A DNA stretch of 64,000 nucleotides from Candidatus Binatia bacterium (GTDB lineage Bacteria > Desulfobacterota > Binatia > UBA9968 > CAXXLF01): the NCBI GenBank assembly GCA_963664015.2, contig CAXXLF010000002.1, positions 1,280,001 through 1,344,000 of the forward strand, read 5' to 3'. The position numbers and the translations under genes were made by a program. The notes below the pieces were generated by a model. The model saw nothing but the letters and a program-made list of their open reading frames with translations. It had not been told where the DNA came from and did no database searches. Below, one piece after another: positions 60,801-64,000 of the stretch; within the stretch, counting starts at the first letter, position 1; every line of letters starts with the position of its first letter.

Positions 60801-62252
60801 CTAACCTGTTTGGGTGCCTCCCACGGTAATTCCGTCAATGCGTAACGTGGGCAATCCGACTCCTACAGGAACCGATTGACCATCCTTACCGCAAGTGCCA
60901 ACCCCCTCATCCAGTTTCAGGTCGGACCCAACCATGGAAACCCGCTTGAGAACCTCGGGTCCGCTACCGATCAAGGTCGCTCCCCGAACCGGTCGTGTGA
61001 CCTTGCCATCCTCAATGAGGTAAGCCTCGCTGGCAGAGAAAACGAATTTGCCATTGGTAATATCCACCTGACCACCACCAAAAGCGACCGCGTAAAGCCC
61101 CCTCTTGACCGAACGGATAATATCCTCCGGTGCATCGTCCCCGGCCAGCATGAACGTATTGGTCATACGAGGCATGGGAATATGGGCGTAGCTCTCTCGC
61201 CGGCCATTGCCCGTACGTGGCATGCCCATAAGATCGGCGTTTAACCGGTCCTGGAGGTAACCCTTGAGGATTCCCTTTTCAATTAGTACGGTCCGGGATG
61301 TGGGAGTCCCCTCATCGTCCAGGTTCAACGAACCCCGTCGAAATGGCATGGTCCCGTCGTCGACCACGGTGCAATGTTCCGAACCGACCTTTTGGCCGAT
61401 CCGGTCTGAGAAGGCGGAAATCTTTTTGCGGTTGAAATCACCCTCCAGCCCATGCCCGATGGCTTCATGGAGCAAGATCCCCGGCCAGCCCGGGCCTAGA
61501 ACCACATCCATCTCCCCTGCTGGGGCATCTCCCGCTTCCAGGTTCAACAATGCTTGGCGTACGGCCTCGTGGGTGTATCGCTCGTAGTCTTTCGTATCGG
61601 TTAGAGAAGTGAACTCGACTCTCCCACCACCCCCAAAGGACCCAATCTGGCGCTGGCCGTTATCCTCGGCGATACAGGTCACATTGAGGCGAATAAGCGG
61701 CTGCACGTCCCCGATGACCCATCCTTCGGAAGACGCAATCAGTACGATCTTCTTCTGGCTCACTAGGGATGCAAAAACGTTCTTGATTCGAGGGTCCTGA
61801 CCTCGGGCAAGCTGGTCCATTTCCTGTAGCAAAGCGATCTTCTTTTTCAGGGTTAGATCCGCTCCTTGCTGCGCCAGTGGATAGAGATCGTGAGGGCTCC
61901 CCTTGGGGCCCCCTACGGGGGCTGGCACCGCACCGCCCCGATCCTGAGCAATGTAACGAGCTGTGCGCGCCGCGACTTCGAGGTTCTCTATGGTAATATC
62001 GTCGGTAAAGGCGTAACCCGTTTTGGCGTCGGCCAAGACCCGCACTCCGACACCGTTCGAAGTAGAGCTTGATGCATTCTTGACCATCCCCTCTTCCAGG
62101 CCAACGGCTTCCTGAACCGTGTACTCGAAGAAAAGATCCGCGTAGTCCGCTTTACGCTCCAAGGCCCGGGCCAATACCTTGTCCAATTCCCGGGAATTGA
62201 CACCAAAACGCTGGTCGAAAAACGACTTTGCTGGAATCACATCTTGAGCCAT
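60801..62252 (-). CDS. tldD: TldD metalloprotease
   Basis: LLHEAIGHGLEGDFNRK, PRMTNT, CGKDGQSVPVGVG. Confidence 0.96.
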   Translation of the reverse strand: MAQDVIPAKSFFDQRFGVNSRELDKVLARALERKADYADLFFEYTVQEAVGLEEGMVKNASSSTSNGVGVRVLADAKTGYAFTDDITIENLEVAARTARYIAQDRGGAVPAPVGGPKGSPHDLYPLAQQGADLTLKKKIALLQEMDQLARGQDPRIKNVFASLVSQKKIVLIASSEGWVIGDVQPLIRLNVTCIAEDNGQRQIGSFGGGGRVEFTSLTDTKDYERYTHEAVRQALLNLEAGDAPAGEMDVVLGPGWPGILLHEAIGHGLEGDFNRKKISAFSDRIGQKVGSEHCTVVDDGTMPFRRGSLNLDDEGTPTSRTVLIEKGILKGYLQDRLNADLMGMPRTGNGRRESYAHIPMPRMTNTFMLAGDDAPEDIIRSVKRGLYAVAFGGGQVDITNGKFVFSASEAYLIEDGKVTRPVRGATLIGSGPEVLKRVSMVGSDLKLDEGVGTCGKDGQSVPVGVGLPTLRIDGITVGGTQTG

Positions 62253-62385
62253 GAATTATGCACCTCCCAGGACCAGTTTCACGGGGCAACTCCCCTTGAA
62301 AACGAGTATAGTCTATGATTAGGGTTATGGGTAGTCAAGCAGGATAAACTGAACTAGCCATACTAGCCATAATTTGAGATTGACC

Positions 62386-63450
62386 ATGAGCAAGAAGATA
62401 GTTCACGTCGTCGGCACTGGTACCATCGGAGAGCCCTTGATCGGTATCCTATCTACATTTCGTGAGGAATTTGGCATCGATGAAGTCACTTTCCACAAAC
62501 GGACCCCCCTCCTCAAGGATCGTCCGAAAGTCCACGTCCTCGCCCAAAAGGGGGCCAAATTATGCGTCGATAAAGACTGCTGGAGCAGTTTTAAGGAGAT
62601 GGACATGGAGCCCTTCTTCGAGGCCGAGGAGGCCATCGAGAGGGCCAACGTCATTATTGACTGCACGCCCGTAGGCAATGAAAACAAGGAAAAGTACTAC
62701 CAGTACTACGCCGGCAATGGGCGCGGATTTATCGCTCAGGGCAGCGAGTTCGGCTTTGGCAAGCAGTATGCTCGCGGCATCAACGACAGTTCCCTTTCCA
62801 AGGACGAAGATCAGTTCATCCAGGTCGTGAGCTGCAATACCCACAACCTCGCCGCTTTGATCGACACCCTCGCCCTGGGACCGGAAAAAGAAAACAATCT
62901 GGAAGAGGGCCGGTTTGTTTGTATGCGCCGGGCCAACGACTTGAGCGAAGAGGGCGGCTTTATCCCTTCACCGGAGGTAGAAAAGCACGACGACCCCATC
63001 TATGGCAGCCACCAGGGGAGGGACGCTCACCACCTCTTTCAAACCATTGGCCTCGATCTGAATATTTTTTCATCCGTTCTCAAGCTCAATACCCAGTACA
63101 TGCACTCCATCTATTTCGACCTGAAGTTGAGTCGGGACCTCACCATGGAGGAGGCTATGCGCCGTCTCGTTGCCAATGGCCGGATCGCCCTGACGGAGAA
63201 GAACTCCATGGCAGCAGTTTTTTCCTTTGGCAGGGATCACGGTCTGTTTGGTCGTATTCTCAATCAGACCGTCATTGCACGGCAGAGTTTGGCTATGCGG
63301 GGAGAACGAGAGATTGTGGGTATGTGCTTTACACCTCAGGATGGGAATTCGCTCCTGAGCAGCATTGCGGCGGCTTTGTGGTTTCTCTTTCCGGACTCCT
63401 ACGAGGAACGGATCGAGCCTCTCAAGACCTACTTCTTCAGTGAAATTTAA
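62386..63450 (+). CDS. Archaeal-type (class II) GAPDH-like dehydrogenase
   Basis: GTGTIG, IDCTP, AQGSE, VVSCNTH, RRANDL, SHQGRD, TQYMH. Confidence 0.75.
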   Translation: MSKKIVHVVGTGTIGEPLIGILSTFREEFGIDEVTFHKRTPLLKDRPKVHVLAQKGAKLCVDKDCWSSFKEMDMEPFFEAEEAIERANVIIDCTPVGNENKEKYYQYYAGNGRGFIAQGSEFGFGKQYARGINDSSLSKDEDQFIQVVSCNTHNLAALIDTLALGPEKENNLEEGRFVCMRRANDLSEEGGFIPSPEVEKHDDPIYGSHQGRDAHHLFQTIGLDLNIFSSVLKLNTQYMHSIYFDLKLSRDLTMEEAMRRLVANGRIALTEKNSMAAVFSFGRDHGLFGRILNQTVIARQSLAMRGEREIVGMCFTPQDGNSLLSSIAAALWFLFPDSYEERIEPLKTYFFSEI

Positions 63451-63968
63451 ATCCCGTCTTCGGGAAGTCTGAAACTTTCAAATCGCACGGCTTGGCCTAC
63501 CTCTATTCCATGAGTCCGGGCAAACCCCCCGTTGACTTCCAGTACGAACTGGCTGGGCGTGGCTACGGACAAAGAGGCGGTAGAATAGGGCACCGATTCG
63601 TGAACGATGCCGACAATCCTTCGTTGCTTTCCAATAAAGATGAGATCCAGAGGGATGGGTGTATTTTTCATCCAGAAGGTCTGAATCTTTTCCTGGGGGA
63701 ACAGGAACAGCATACCTTGATTGGCCTCTAAGTCGGTCCGATATTGGAGCCCCATGGTCCGCCGCTCCGGGGTATCGGCAATTTCAACCTGCACCGAAAT
63801 TTCACGGTCGCCTTGCCCCTTGAGAACAACCCGGGAGCCCGACGCGGGATGACAGGCATTAAGACTCAGTGATCCCCAAACGACGAGAAGGAAAGCCCCT
63901 AAGGATTTTATGCCCTCGTAGGGCAATTTTACGCGGCGTCCCGATCTGCCCATGCCATCAAAGCCCAT
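63447..63968 (-). CDS. DUF192 family lipoprotein
   Basis: EIADTPERRTMGL, GMLF, FWMKNT, VLEVNGG. Confidence 0.88.
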   Translation of the reverse strand: MGFDGMGRSGRRVKLPYEGIKSLGAFLLVVWGSLSLNACHPASGSRVVLKGQGDREISVQVEIADTPERRTMGLQYRTDLEANQGMLFLFPQEKIQTFWMKNTPIPLDLIFIGKQRRIVGIVHESVPYSTASLSVATPSQFVLEVNGGFARTHGIEVGQAVRFESFRLPEDGI

Positions 63969-64000
63969 GAAAATCGAGCCTAGGCCTTGGGAGCCAAGGC

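Noticed and set aside
58840-62385. RiPP precursor associated with TldD/PmbA
   Set aside because: No precursor-like ORF or modifying enzymes nearby; tldD-pmbA is a common housekeeping pair

Overview
Bacterial chromosomal window of moderately high GC. The gene content (TctCBA plus UbiD, LLM oxidoreductase, MetE-II-like, NMT1-type binding protein, BNR-repeat proteins) resembles Deltaproteobacteria-like lineages such as Ca. Binatia; this is inference only. The main blocks, left to right, are: (1) a minus-strand cofactor cluster, coxD-coxE-xdhC'-xdhC then ribK(archaeal CTP-type)-ubiX-fni, which looks like a self-contained prenylated-FMN supply module; (2) housekeeping genes including a ZTP-riboswitch-headed aminotransferase-serA-purA operon; (3) the complete selenocysteine machinery (selA, selB, Sec-containing selD, tRNA-Sec), interrupted by a sigma54-driven ECF sigma factor and by tctCAB-ubiD' plus an AT-richer, integrase-less block encoding a second RpoD-type sigma, CarD, an XRE regulator, an RRM protein and several tiny proteins; (4) a decaying accessory zone with several pseudogenes including putA; (5) a UGA-recoded OsmC-like selenoprotein missed by the ORF track, cnoX, hemerythrin, tldD/pmbA and an archaeal-type GAPDH-like gene. 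Several families of short palindromic or heptamer intergenic repeats occur. No CRISPR array, integrase or transposase was seen. All assignments come from motif recognition by eye; no database searches were run.
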